A stretch of DNA of 64,000 nucleotides from Dipteris shenzhenensis (lineage: Eukaryota). Both the position numbers and the translations under genes were made by a program. A model generated the notes under the pieces. It ran no database searches. It worked only from the letters and a program-made list of their open reading frames with translations, and was not told the DNA's origin. Below, in pieces: positions 1 to 11,862 of the stretch. Location: assembly GCA_047967505.1 (NCBI GenBank), contig CM106538.1, one strand, 5' to 3'. Each line of letters opens with the position of its first letter. Positions within the stretch are counted from its first letter, which is position 1.

Positions 1-319
1 TTTAACATAGCTAGAGATTCCAAAAGTCTTCTCCCACCTATGGCTCACCCTCCCCATTTCTCCTATGGCCTTTATCACCAATCGTACCAGGAAGAAATGA
101 ATCTTGATAGCTAGCTTCTCACCACAATGCACATTATTATCATCATCACAATGCCCAGTGTCTTTAAGCCTCGCATGCATCTCTTTGCTTTGGGCATTTC
201 TCCTATCCTCACCATATATATAGCATTATTGCTTTAGTACAACTAGATTTAAGGTCAGCATGTATCCCTTTGCTTTGGGCTTGTCTCGTATCCTCAACTC
301 CAATGTAGCCTTACTTTTC
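1..319 (-). pseudogene. Degenerate E+/DYW-domain remnant downstream of the PPR stop codon
   Basis: Minus-strand translation past the stop gives GVEDTRQAQSKGIHADLKS. A shifted frame gives a second copy, GEDRRNAQSKEMHARLKD...HCGEKLAI, resembling the E+ segment and the HSEKLAI motif of DYW domains. No CxxC or DYW terminus is visible. Confidence 0.55.
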
Positions 320-3300
320 CTAGATAATGTAACCTTCCTCCCATATGTGTGCATCGGCATATATGTTTGCCATCAAGACATATAGTGTAGAAAGTTGTTC
401 ATCTAATCCAACCGCACTTTGAAAGGCCCACCTTCCAAGCCCGACATTCTTCCACTTTTGACAAGCACCCATTACGGTCAACCAGACAATAGTGTTAGGT
501 TGAAAAGGCATCTTCTCCACTACAGACACCGCCTTCTCCAATTGGCCTGAACGGCCGAGGAGATCAATCATGCAAGTATAGTGCTCAATCATCGGGATAA
601 TGCCATATTGTTGGCTGATAGCCTGAAAGTATTCTAAGCCCTTCTCCACTAGACCTACATGACTGCATACAGTTAGAACACTCAAAAAGGTCACCCCATC
701 TGGCTGCATGCCTTTAAGGCTCATTCTCTCCAACAAAGAAAAAACAGGTTCACTCTCTCCCTGGTAGGCATACCCTGCAATCAATGCATTCCATTGTACA
801 ACCTCCCTTGTAGGCATTGCATTAAACAAGTTATGAGCATCAACCATGCTTGCACACTTAGCATACATGTCAATAAGACTGGTTGCCACAATTGTGATAG
901 TCTCAGAACCAACCCTGCTAGCTTGAGAATGAAGTTTCTTTCCAGTTTCCAGAGCTGCCGTGTAGGCACATGCTTTCAGGATAGCGACAAAGGTCACGCT
1001 GTCTGGTGACAGACCTTGCTCTTGCATCTGTGCATAAAGTTTAGAAGCCTCCTCACCTTCTGTCATTTGAGCATACCCTACAATCATGGTGGTCCACAAG
1101 ATCACATCACGATCGGGCAATACATCAAAGACACGCCGTGCATCCTCCATACTGCCACATTTGGTATATATATCGACCAACACAGTTCCAAGAAATACAT
1201 CGAGCTCAAGGCCACTCTTTACTATTTGGGAGTGGATGGCTCTACCTTTTACCAGGCACCCTGCTTTCACAAACTTGCCCTTGACTTGCTTCCCCTCTTC
1301 TAGTGCTGTCAGGCTACCACAAGCTTTCAAAGCACCAACAAAAGTTTGTGAATTTGCTTTGACACCATCAAGGTACATCCGTGCATACAACTCCAAAGCT
1401 GGCGCACTGTCTTCTTGCTCGGCATACCCCAAAATTATGGTAGTCCATGTAACCACATCACGACGAGGCAAATCATCAAAGACGCATTGTGCATCCTCCA
1501 TGCTCCCAAGTTTCACATACATGTCAACTAAGGCTGTTCCTACAAATAAATCTGACTCAAAGCCTCTCCCTATTATTTGGGACTGGATAGCTCTTCCTTT
1601 TTTGAGGCACGCTGTTTTCAACAATCTCCAGTCAACTTGCTTGCTCTCGTCCACTACTACTAGACTGCTGCAAGCCTTCAGTGCACCAACAAAGGTTCGC
1701 TGATCTGCACTGACACCTTCCTGGTGCACCTGTGTATACAATGCTAAAGCCAGTGCACTGTAATTTTGCTCAGCATAACCCAGGATCATGATGTTCCAAG
1801 TCATAACAGGATGATCAGGCAACTCGTCAAAGACCCTCTGTGCATCCTCCATGCTGCCACTTTTTGAGTACATATCCACTAATGCTGTTCCCACGAATAG
1901 ATCTACTTCAAAGCCCCTCTTAATTACCTGGGAGTGTATGGCTCTACCTTTCACGAAGCACCCTGTTTCTTGAGATTTCCGATCACCTTGATTCCCCTCT
2001 TCCAGTGCTGCAAGGCTACTGCAAGCCTTCAAAGCACCAACAAAGGCTCGATGATCTGCAGTGACACCTTCTCTGTGCATCCTTGCATACAATTCCAAAG
2101 CTGCTGTACTGTTGTCTTGCTCAGCATAGCCAAGGATCATGGCAGTCCATGTAACCACATCAAGATAGGGCAACTGGTCAAAGACACACCGTGCATCCTC
2201 CATGCTGCCACATTTTGTGTACACATCCACCAAGGTGGTTCCCACATAGACATCGGACTCAAAACCCTTCATTACTACTTGGTAGTGGATGGCTCTACAT
2301 TTTGCAAGGCACCCAGAGGTTCTGGCATATTTCCCATCAACTTGCTTCCCATCTTCCACTGCTGCCGAATTTCTGCAAGCTTTCAATGCAGCAACAAAAG
2401 TTCGATTATCTGCTTCGACAGCTTCTTGATGCATCCGTGCATACAAATCCAATGTAAATGCAGTTTCTTTTAGGTTGGCATACCCGAGTATCATGGTATT
2501 CCATGTAACCACATTACGATGAGGCAATATGTCAAAGACATATCGTGCATCCTCTATGCTGCCACATTTTGTATACATATCCACCAAGGTAGTTCCCACA
2601 TACACCTCTGACTCAAAGCCACTCTTCACTACTTGGAAGTGGACAGATCTACCTTTCACCAGGCACCCTAAACTAGAGGAATTCCCATCACCTTGCTTCC
2701 CCTCTTCCAAAGCTGTCAGGCCAATGCAAGCCTTCAATACGCCAATAAAAGATCGATGATCTGCTGTGACACCTTCCTGGTGCATCAGTGCATACAATTC
2801 CAAAGCCCGAACACTGTCCTTTTGCTCAGCATACCCAGTGATCATGGTATTCCATGTAACCACATTACGGTGCGGCAATCCATGGAAGACGCACCATGCA
2901 TCTTTCATGCTGCCACATTTTACATACATATCCACCGAGGAGGTTCCCACGAATACATCTGACTCAAAGCCACTCTTTACCACTTGGCAATGGACAGCTC
3001 TACCTGACAGCAAGCACCCTACTTTCGCAGGTTTCATATCAATGTGAGTACCTTCTAGGACTGCCAGGCTAGTGCAAGCCTTTAATGCACCGACAAAAGT
3101 TCGACCATTGGGTTGGATCCCTTCCTGGTACATCTGCGCATACAATTCCAAAGCCCACGCACCCTCTTCCTGTTTGGCATACGCCAAGATCATGATGTTC
3201 CATGATGCCACGTTGCGTTTTGGCATGTTGTCAAATACATGAAGAGCATCCACCATGCTTCCACGCTTCACATACGTATGCATCAAGTTGTTTGACTTGC

Positions 3301-3448
3301 ACACTGAAAGCTGACTTGGGCTTTCCTCTCTATTGGTATGAATTTCCTGGAGCTTCTTCAGCTGAGGCAACTTCTTGCGTACTGCATTTCCAGCTCTGCC
3401 TGCACAAAAGGGTACACTGCACAGGAAAAGCCTATGCTGTGGACCCAT
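320..3448 (-). CDS. PLS-class pentatricopeptide repeat protein with E domains (putative organellar RNA-editing specificity factor)
   Basis: 1042-aa ORF of repeated P-L-S triplets (LVDMYxKCGSMEDA..VFD.LP.RDVVTW..MI.GYA). It ends in P2-L2-S2 and E motifs (EHYTCMIDLLGRSG, MPFQPNTIVW, YVLMANIYA). The true start is uncertain: a splice-acceptor-like CTTTTGTGCAG lies at 3410-3400. Confidence 0.95.
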   Translation of the reverse strand: MGPQHRLFLCSVPFCAGRAGNAVRKKLPQLKKLQEIHTNREESPSQLSVCKSNNLMHTYVKRGSMVDALHVFDNMPKRNVASWNIMILAYAKQEEGAWALELYAQMYQEGIQPNGRTFVGALKACTSLAVLEGTHIDMKPAKVGCLLSGRAVHCQVVKSGFESDVFVGTSSVDMYVKCGSMKDAWCVFHGLPHRNVVTWNTMITGYAEQKDSVRALELYALMHQEGVTADHRSFIGVLKACIGLTALEEGKQGDGNSSSLGCLVKGRSVHFQVVKSGFESEVYVGTTLVDMYTKCGSIEDARYVFDILPHRNVVTWNTMILGYANLKETAFTLDLYARMHQEAVEADNRTFVAALKACRNSAAVEDGKQVDGKYARTSGCLAKCRAIHYQVVMKGFESDVYVGTTLVDVYTKCGSMEDARCVFDQLPYLDVVTWTAMILGYAEQDNSTAALELYARMHREGVTADHRAFVGALKACSSLAALEEGNQGDRKSQETGCFVKGRAIHSQVIKRGFEVDLFVGTALVDMYSKSGSMEDAQRVFDELPDHPVMTWNIMILGYAEQNYSALALALYTQVHQEGVSADQRTFVGALKACSSLVVVDESKQVDWRLLKTACLKKGRAIQSQIIGRGFESDLFVGTALVDMYVKLGSMEDAQCVFDDLPRRDVVTWTTIILGYAEQEDSAPALELYARMYLDGVKANSQTFVGALKACGSLTALEEGKQVKGKFVKAGCLVKGRAIHSQIVKSGLELDVFLGTVLVDIYTKCGSMEDARRVFDVLPDRDVILWTTMIVGYAQMTEGEEASKLYAQMQEQGLSPDSVTFVAILKACAYTAALETGKKLHSQASRVGSETITIVATSLIDMYAKCASMVDAHNLFNAMPTREVVQWNALIAGYAYQGESEPVFSLLERMSLKGMQPDGVTFLSVLTVCSHVGLVEKGLEYFQAISQQYGIIPMIEHYTCMIDLLGRSGQLEKAVSVVEKMPFQPNTIVWLTVMGACQKWKNVGLGRWAFQSAVGLDEQLSTLYVLMANIYADAHIWEEGYII

Positions 3449-4149
3449 AACTTCACCAATGAAGACAAAAGCAGAGAGTTATCTTAAACAAGACAGGATC
3501 CTGAGAGAACTACCAAGGGGAAACAAGAACAAAAGTGTGAAGCGCAAAGAGTCGCAAGCATGAAGACACAGATGGCAGACAACTCTGATGCGACAGTTCG
3601 AGCTCATATGCTTTGCAATTGACCACCATGTGACGTTGCTCCAAGGGGGACGATGTATGGAGCTGAGAAAGGGATGGAGGACCACCTGCTCTGTATGGAG
3701 GCAGTGAGCCCAGAGGGGTTCTTCCTGGTAGACTTCGGAAGGGACCTGGCAACAGCTTGTTTGGACTGTTGTGGCCATTGCATTTCGGCTGGGTGTGATG
3801 AGCCTCGTCCCTGTTTCTAAGACAACCGTCCTGCTGACGGACCACCAACAGAGCTGGTCTGAGGGGCGGCGCCTCGTGTCTGACCCGCAATCATATTGCT
3901 CCATCTCGAGTGAGGGAATGTTACTCATCAACGTTCAAACTTCAGACAGTCAGACAGTTGCCTGGCCTGTACGTGATATGGTGAAGCGAGAAACTATATG
4001 TGTATTGGGACAACTAGAAACTCATGGTTTAACTACATTGTTTCAAATATGACGGGGGAAGGGTCTCACCAGGATTTTGGAAAGTCCTTAGAATATGGCC
4101 ACCTGCCGGAGCCATGACCATGGGTGAGCTTTTTAGTTGTGAGACTTCT

Positions 4150-5309
4150 GCCAACGCCGTGGCTCATCCAGCAGGGTGGTTTCTTCATTTGCAAATCTAT
4201 ATCCTCAGCAGACAAGCAACCCTCGACTTGATTGTGAAGTCAACCGAGCTTTTTGACATTAGCTCTTCGTTCCTGTAATCAAGCATAGGGATTCAAATAC
4301 ACTTTTAACACCTTATTACATCAGATCTGCCAGGTTCATCAGATTGGCACACCTTATTCCCATGGCCAACCTTTTGGGCTCGGACGGCCGTCCAGATACC
4401 CCGGTGGAGGTTAAGCCAGAGAAGACACGAGTGTCACCAGGACGTTGCAGTCCCAGACCTTGGCGAACCTTAGAGACCACGTTCTCTCATCATCTCTCTT
4501 GAACGACATTTTGTTGAGTCTGGCGATCAATTCTTCCTGTCCCTCGTGAATGAGAGGGACCGGTGTTAAATTCCATTAACCCACCCACTTGAATTCCCTC
4601 GTAGTAGCACGAAGGAGCCACGCGCCTAGCCATGGGAGGTTTTCTCTGGTCCAAAGTCTTTGGCATTCCTTGACTAAAAGCAGGTCAAATGTGGTTAATA
4701 TGTACATGTTCAAGAGAGAGTTGTCGTTGTGCCACGTACCTTGACCACGGTCTTATAAATCTCCCCAAACCTTGATCCCTGTCTCCTTTTCTTGCCCACC
4801 ATTCCTCGTGTAAAGTTTGGATTGTGATGTCTCAATGATAGCCTCTACCTTGGCCTTGTCTCTGAAGGGTTTGAGCCTTTCCTGTCCCTGGGTTGACTCG
4901 TCCTCCTCCAAGAGCTTGATTTGTTCTTCAAGTCATTTGCGTCTGTCAGCTCTAGTAGAATCTGCTCGCTTCTTGATAGCTTTGAGAAAAATGCATGTTC
5001 TTTTTGTAGCCCTGATCCACTTTTCAGTTGCAATGGCTGTGCCATCAAAAGCTTTTTCCCAGATCCTGTTTATGTTCTATTGGACATAAGGTAGGCGAAA
5101 CAAGAAAGGGTTAGCTTTGAACCAAGACTTTCTTCTCTTGCCCTGGCTTTTATCCAGAGAAATTAGGATCGGTTTATGGTCCGAGAAGGGAAGAGAAACA
5201 AGGGCTTCGCTCTTGTAGCATATTTCTGAATCTACAATGTCTCTTGAGCAGTACATCCTGTCTATTCTTGCTTTCCTGTGGAGAAGGCTAGATTGTTTGT
5301 TAGTCCAGG
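4150..5309 (-). mobile_element. L1-like LINE remnant, 3' part (end of APE endonuclease, linker, zf-RVT-like tail; RT missing)
   Basis: Reads TWTNKQSSLLHRKARIDRMYCS...PFSDHKPI from 5309 downward. A zf-RVT-like LHRGIWTAVRAQKVGHGNKVC lies near 4345-4410. No RT motifs occur between them. Confidence 0.75.
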
Positions 5310-5661
5310 TGTGAAGATAGTGGGAGACAGGGAAGGAGTCTCACTTGCGGCTTTCTCACATACACAATGGGGGAATACACACGCAGGTGGAAGCTGAAAA
5401 CAGTTTTCCTCTTCTTAGTTGTGAAAGCCAAAAGAACTCTAGTACAAAGAAATAGAAGAACCCTATATGTGGGTCTCAAACCAAACTCAACTAACTAAGG
5501 TGGCATACTAACTGAGCCACGAACTAGAGTAGATAAGGATAGCTGTCATCCAGCTATTATTCGTGGGCAGTGTACCAACCGCATTTGCAGCTAACAAGTT
5601 GGTGACATAAATGCACAACGGTCACCTTGGCATATCGTGAGTGAAGCTCAATATCTCAACA
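5310..5661 (-). repeat. 3' LTR of Copia element
   Basis: Direct repeat of 10492-10834, abutting the PPT GAGGGGGAG on the minus strand. Confidence 0.95.
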
Positions 5662-5669
5662 CTCCCCCT

Positions 5670-8600
5670 CGAGCTCAATCCCAATTCCTGCACACCAAGC
5701 AGGTCTCTGAACTTGCGTAGCTTCTCTGCGCCCAATGCCTTCGTGAATATGTCAACTACCTAATCCTCTGTGCTGACATAAACTAGATCAATAAAACTTA
5801 GTAAAACCTTCTCCTGCACATAGTGATAATGCACCTCAATGTGCTTTGTTCTAGCATGATAGACTGGGTTATTTGCCAAGTGTATACTGCTCATGTTGTC
5901 ACAATAAATGACAACTGGGCCATCTGTAGACTGATGCATATCATAAAGTAGCTTATGCAACCAAGCTACCTCACATGCAGCCATTGTTGCACCCTTGTAC
6001 TCAGCCTCTATGCTCGACAAGGCAACTATAGGCTGTTTCTTGCTGCTCCAGGTGACTGCAACACTCGCAAAAGAGAACACACATCCATTGGTAGATCGTC
6101 TATCAGAAATACTACCAACCCAATCAGCATCAGTGTATCCATGCAACTATATCTGAACCCCAGCCTCATAAAATAGTCCATACTGCAATGTGGACTTCAC
6201 ATACCTGAGTATGCGTCTAGCCGCATCCAAATGCGGTTTCCTTGGAGCCTGCATAAACTGACTTACCAATCCAACAACATAGCTTAAATCTGGCCTGGTA
6301 ATAGTCATATAAATCAAACTTCCTACTATGCGTCTTACATAGTAGGGTCTTCCAGAAGCTCACTTGCATCTATGCTCAGCTTCACATTCTGCTCCAAAGG
6401 AATTGAAATAGGCTTACAGCCTGTCATCCTATATTTGGACAGCATGTCCAATCCATACTGCCTCTGCAAGAGCTGTATCCCACTTGGTGATCTAATCACC
6501 TCAATGCCCAAGAAATAACGCAGCTCTCCCAAATCCTTCATCTCAAACTTTTGCTTCAATAGCATTTTCACATGAAGGATATCTTCATCACTATCACCTG
6601 TGATGATCAAATCATCAACATAAATGACAAGCAACATAATACCTTTCTCTGTTTTTCTCACATAGAGTGAGAAATCTGCCTTGGAAATCTGAAAGCCAAT
6701 AGTGACAAGATACTGTCCTATCTTGTTAGACCATGCTCTAGGTGCTTGCTTCAAGCCATAAAAGGCTTTCTTCAACCTGCACTCAGGATGAATAGCATGA
6801 ACATAACCTAGTGGCTGCTCCATAAAGACCTCTTCTTACAAATCACCATGCAAGAAGGCATTCTTTACATCCATCTGATGTAAAGACCATCCCTTTGATG
6901 CAACCATAGCAATGACTGCTCTTACAGTTGCCATCCTTGCAACCGGACTTAATGTTTCTTCATAATCAATGCCATATGTCTGTGCATACCCCTTGACAAC
7001 TAATCTTGCCCTTGTATCTGTTCATAGAACCATCCGCATTGTGCTTGATCTTATAAACCCACTTACAGCCAATTGCATTCTTGTCTTTAGGCAAAGGCAC
7101 CAATTCCCATGTAGCATTTGCTTCCAAGTCCTCCATTTCTTCATCCATGGCTTTCTCCCATTTTTCATTTCTCATGGCTTGCTCAAAAGAAGTGGGTTCT
7201 GGTTCCTGTATCACTTTGACCATATAGGCATAGTGAATGGCTGTAAATCCATCATATTTCAGCCTATCCACAGGATACCTAGCTCTGGTAGACCTGTGCA
7301 AAATAGGCTCACTTCCAGGTGCTCTCAAAACATCCGTGGTCTTCCTTACTCTAGGTGTAACAACAGAAGGAATACCCAACTCATCATCAATGCTCTGTTC
7401 TGAGCCACTGGATTCACCATCCACATAAGAGTGACCTGCATTCACATCAAACATGGGCTGATCTACCTTCTCTTTTCCTTTTCGTGATACCTGCGTACCA
7501 CTATCTGCATTGCTTTGAAGAGATTCTCCTGATCTCAATCTACCTGTCCATGGCGAAGTATGTGAACCACTGCTAGAGGACACTGTAGGTCCACTGATAT
7601 TTTGTGATTACTGCTATGAATTCTGTGCAGCATTACCATTTTGTGCATCTACATCAATCATCACATTTATTGGTTTATACCAGCTACTCATCTCATCAAA
7701 AACAACATCTCTGCTCACTGTAAACTTACGAGTAGAAGGGTTATAGCATCTATAGCCTTTCTGCTGCAGAGAATAACCAATAAAGATACACTTCTCAGCT
7801 TTTGGATCCAACTTGGACCTCAACTCATCTGACACATGAACATAGGCAATGCAACCAAAAATTTTCAAATGAGAAATATCTGGTTTCCTACCAGTATACA
7901 TCTCCTCTGGCATCATGCCATGTATTGCTGCAGTGGGAGTCCTGTTCATTATGTAAACTGTTGTAGCAACTGCTTCAGCCCAATAATAATCTGGTAGATA
8001 TTTTTCATTTAGCATGGCCCGAGATACCTCTCCAATATGCTTGTTTTTCCTTTCTGCAAGTCCATTTTGCTATGGGGTATGACTGCATGAATATTGCTGC
8101 TTGATGCCATGCTCCTACAGGAACCTTGCAAACTCATTTGAGAGGTACTCTCCCCCTCCATCTGACCTTAGGCATTTTATTTGCAGGCCTGTTTCTTTTT
8201 CAGCCATAGCTTTAAAAGCTTTGAAATGCCCAAACACTTCACTGTTCTTTTTCATAAAATGCACCCAAACTTTTCTGCTGTAGTCATCAATAAAAGTGAC
8301 AAAATAATGACAGCCTCCAATAGATGCAGCTTTAGTAGTCCACACATCAAAGTGGATTAATTCCAATGGCTTCTTGCTCTCTTGAACATGCCTAGGAAAT
8401 GGTTTCCTTGCCTGTTTTCCAAATTGACAGGCTTCACATACCTTATGCATTTTTGCAACCTTGAATTTAGGCAATCCTGCAATAATATTTTGGGCCTGCA
8501 TTGATTTAAGTCGTTGTACATTAACATGACCAATGCGTTTATGCCAGATATCAATATCTGCAACAACACCAGTCCCATGTGCAAACATTACTACACTCAA

Positions 8601-9984
8601 TTCAGGCATGTCCACATCCAATGTAAACATCCTGCCCTTCTTCTTTCCTTTTGCTATCAAGTGACCGTTATTTTTCATATCCTCAACAAAGCATCCATGA
8701 GGATTAAATCTGACCCTCCTGCAAGCCCTGCTCAACCATTTGACCAACAGAAACCAGGTTCTTGGTGATATTCGGGACATGAAATACATCAGACAGGTAT
8801 TTTTTTTTCCCATCCTGCATAGACAAAGGAATTTTACCAATCTGCACAATAGGATGTGTAGTATCATCACCAATCTCCACGAATCCTGGTTTTTCCATTT
8901 TCCTTGCATCCTGCATCCATTCTGCATGATCTGTCATGTGGTTTGATGCACCTGAGTCAACATACCACACATCATTTCGTTCTTCTGCACTTGTCACAAA
9001 ATTGGTCATGTGCTGCACCATAAATAGATGCTCATTTCTATCATCACCCTGTCTACTAGAAGATGCATAATTGCCTTGCTGCAATTTTCCATTCATAATG
9101 TCATTCTGCTTTTTGTAGCAGTCCTTAGCCATATGACCCATTTTACCACAGTAGTAGCATTCAACATTGCTGTTTGCATTTCGACCTCTCTGCCATCCAC
9201 CACGGCCTCTTTGGCTCCCCCTTCCTCTAGAGTTACCACGTCCTCCTCCATAGGACTGGTTTTCTTGAGTTTGCTGCAAATTCTGATTTCTACCACGGCC
9301 TCTAGATCGGCCTCCTCTACCTCTGCCTCTACCTCTTCCAGCATTTGAGTAGAAGACAGTTTCTTTTGAAGTTCCTCCTGAAGAAGATGCACCCCCATTT
9401 CTCTGCTCTTCAGAAATTGGAAGAGCAAACAACTCTTCAAAATCAAGAAATTTTTCACGGATGGCAATGGATGTCTGGAACTGTGCATAATCCTTTCCTA
9501 GACCATTTAAGGTCACAGAAACTAGATCATCATCTTCCACTGGCGACCCAATGGAAGCAAGTGCATCTGCAATTTCCTTCACCTTGATGTGGTAGTCATT
9601 GATGCTCATATTTTCTCTCTACACATTGTGCAACTCCTGCTTGAGCTGCATTTTCCTGGCTTGCGTATTTGTGCTATACATTTTTGCCAAAGTATCCCAT
9701 GCCTCCTTTGGCATACTTGCATCCTGAATATGCAGAATCATAGAATCCGAAATACTGATAGACAGCCAGTACATAACTTTTCTGGCTCTCTCATGCCATC
9801 CTTTAAATGCCTGCATTTCCTGTTGATTGGGAACATTAGGAAGAATTGGTTCTTCTTCATTTCCTGTGATGAACTCCCAATAGCCTTTTCCCATAAGGAA
9901 ATTCGTCATTCTAAACTTCCATGCCTGGAAGTTGTTCTTGTCAAGCTTTTCAGTGACAATCTATGAAAGAGAATCAGACGCCAT
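5670..9984 (-). pseudogene. Copia gag-pol polyprotein with stops and frameshifts
   Basis: Gag begins MASDSLS*IVTEKLDKNNF at 9984, with an RGG-rich linker and zinc knuckle CYYCGKMGHMAKDC. Protease WYVDSGASNHM, integrase IDDYSRKVW/LRSDGGGEY, RT YVDDLII, RNase H YTDADW/HARTKHIEVHYH. Confidence 0.95.
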
Positions 9985-10491
9985 TACAGAACACTGCAAA
10001 ATATTCTATGAGTGCAAAAAACACAACTTTTGCCTCACACGAGCAGATCTGCAAAACTAACAAAAGCAGTATTTGACCACACAGTCGCTTCCTAGTGACG
10101 ATTTTGCATCAACAGGCAACAAGCATGATTCTGCAACTCCCAATAGCTCTGCACACAGGCATACAATGCAATTTTTGCGGCAACTTTTCACCGACCAGCA
10201 GAGCAGTGGTCGCACAGCAAAAATAGGGCCTTTTTTTGAGTGCCTGCGAAGAACTTCCACCGTTAAAATGGGCCCCGAAATGGCCCCGAAATGCAGCATA
10301 TACTGCCCTCTCGCCACACCGCGAAGGGCATCTCAATCTGAAACAATGCACTCTTGCACTTTCGGCTGTGCTACCTGCAGAGATTTGCTCCCAAACTCGA
10401 AAAAGGAAAGCAACACTGGTCCTCTTACCAGGACACCATGAACTTGGTTTGCTTTCTTGAGCTCCTTACCATGAACAAGGCTCTGATACCA

Positions 10492-10834
10492 TGTGATGAT
10501 CGTGGGAAAGAGGGAAGGAGTCTCACTTGCGGCTTTCTCACATACACAATGGGGGAATACACGCACAGGTGGAGGCTGAAAACAGTTTTCCTCTTCTTAG
10601 TTGTGAAAGCCAAAAGAACTCTAGTACAAAGAAATAGAAGAACCCTATATGTGGGTCTCAAACCAAACTCAACTAACTAAGGTGGCATACTAATTGAGCC
10701 ATGAACTAGAGTAGATAAGGATAGCTATCATCCTCGGGGGCGGTGTACCAACCGCATCTGCAGCTAACAAGTCGGTGACATAAATGCACAATGGTCACCC
10801 TGGCATATCGTGAGTGGAGCTCCATATCTCAACA
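10492..10834 (-). repeat. 5' LTR of Copia element
   Basis: Direct repeat of 5310-5661, followed on the minus strand by a tRNA-iMet PBS. Confidence 0.95.
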
Positions 10835-11620
10835 CCAGGTGAAGAACGTGTCTAAAGAGATATCAATGAACGTAGTAGAATCTTTGAGAGCATTCCAAGA
10901 AGATAGTTCCCTGCCCCTTAATATGTTTCATATTCCATTCCACCTGTCTCTACGGGATTCTACCATATTGAAGTCGCCTAGAAGAATAGTATATGTTGGA
11001 AGGCTCTTTCCATTCCAAAGAAGAGTCCTTTCCCTCGCGAAGTTAGGGGCATAGATAGAAAAATTTTGACAATTTAGATGAGGATGACAAAAGTCAACTC
11101 CTATCCCGAAGGTCTAAAAAATGGGTAGTGGGAGCGTGATTGCCTGGGTGAGGTGAGCTACTATTCCCAGAACTGCTCCACCTCTCCCTTCTTCGTGGTT
11201 GGTGCAAAACCACTGTCTTTTGTCATCTATCTAGCTGAACTGCCAGTGCAACTTAGCCCCTGAAACTTTAACCTCTTGTAAGGCTACAAAATCAAGTCTA
11301 AGGGAGGACCTTCCTTATCAGCTGTTTCATGTTCTGCTTGCTCCAACTGTGCCTCAAAATCTTGGGTGGCGACCATAAATTCCTCTTCACCCGAGCTATC
11401 CTCCATCTTTTCTTCTGTGTCAGTAATGATCTCTTTACCTTTTCCTTTTGCTTCACCTCCTCATTACAAAAATTTTGGACTCAAAGAGGGCCCTTTAGAG
11501 AATCATTAAAATATTAGAGGCCTGGATAACGGAATATGGAATCCATCAATGTGGACTTCTCTGTAACAAAGGCTCCTCAATTCTAGGGGAAATTTCATAT
11601 TTTTTTCAAAATACCATCAT
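10835..11620 (-). mobile_element. L1-like LINE remnant, 5' part (APE endonuclease N-terminal half, possible ORF1 tail)
   Basis: Reads DFVALQEVK...GRGGAVLGI...SIYAPNFARERTLLW...ILLGDFNMVE...DTFFTW. It joins the 5309 fragment in frame once the Copia and one TSD copy are removed. Confidence 0.85.
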
Positions 11621-11628
11621 TGGTTCTT

Positions 11629-11687
11629 CACAATAAAATATTGCCCATGGCAGGTCTGGCCTGACATGGGCATGACCATGTCAGGCC
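11629..11687 (+). repeat. Candidate transposon terminus: CACAATA motif plus 12-bp-arm hairpin
   Basis: CACAATAAAATATTGCCCATGG at 11629 resembles the minus-strand CACAATGAAAAAAGTTGGCCTTGG that starts at 13268. Perfect stem GGCCTGACATGG/CCATGTCAGGCC at 11658-11687. No TSD found. Confidence 0.35.
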
Positions 11688-11862
11688 TCCTTGTTTTCCT
11701 CCCATCCAAACTAGACCCCAACTAGAACTATGCTCACGTTTTCCTTCTAGTTCAACAAACTTTGACTTCCAAACCAACTCTCTCACTGTTCTCTCTCTTC
11801 CAAATCGTTTCACCTCCTCCATGCACTCCAAAAATGCATTCCTACCATCTTGTAGCACCTTG

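Larger units (their letters stand above)
5310..10834 (-). mobile_element. Full-length Ty1/Copia LTR retrotransposon (coding region disrupted)
   Basis: LTRs at 5310-5661 and 10492-10834 with TG...CA ends. TSD CCAGG at 5305-5309 and 10835-10839. PBS TGGTATCAGAGC at 10480-10491 and PPT next to 5662. Domain order is gag-PR-INT-RT-RH. Confidence 0.97.

Noticed and set aside
781-3450. Many plus-strand ORFs over the PPR gene
   Set aside because: Antisense shadows that repeat with the PPR period.
11629-11690. Helitron 3' end suggested by the small hairpin
   Set aside because: No clear CTRR terminus at an A/T target at the expected distance, and no Rep/helicase nearby.
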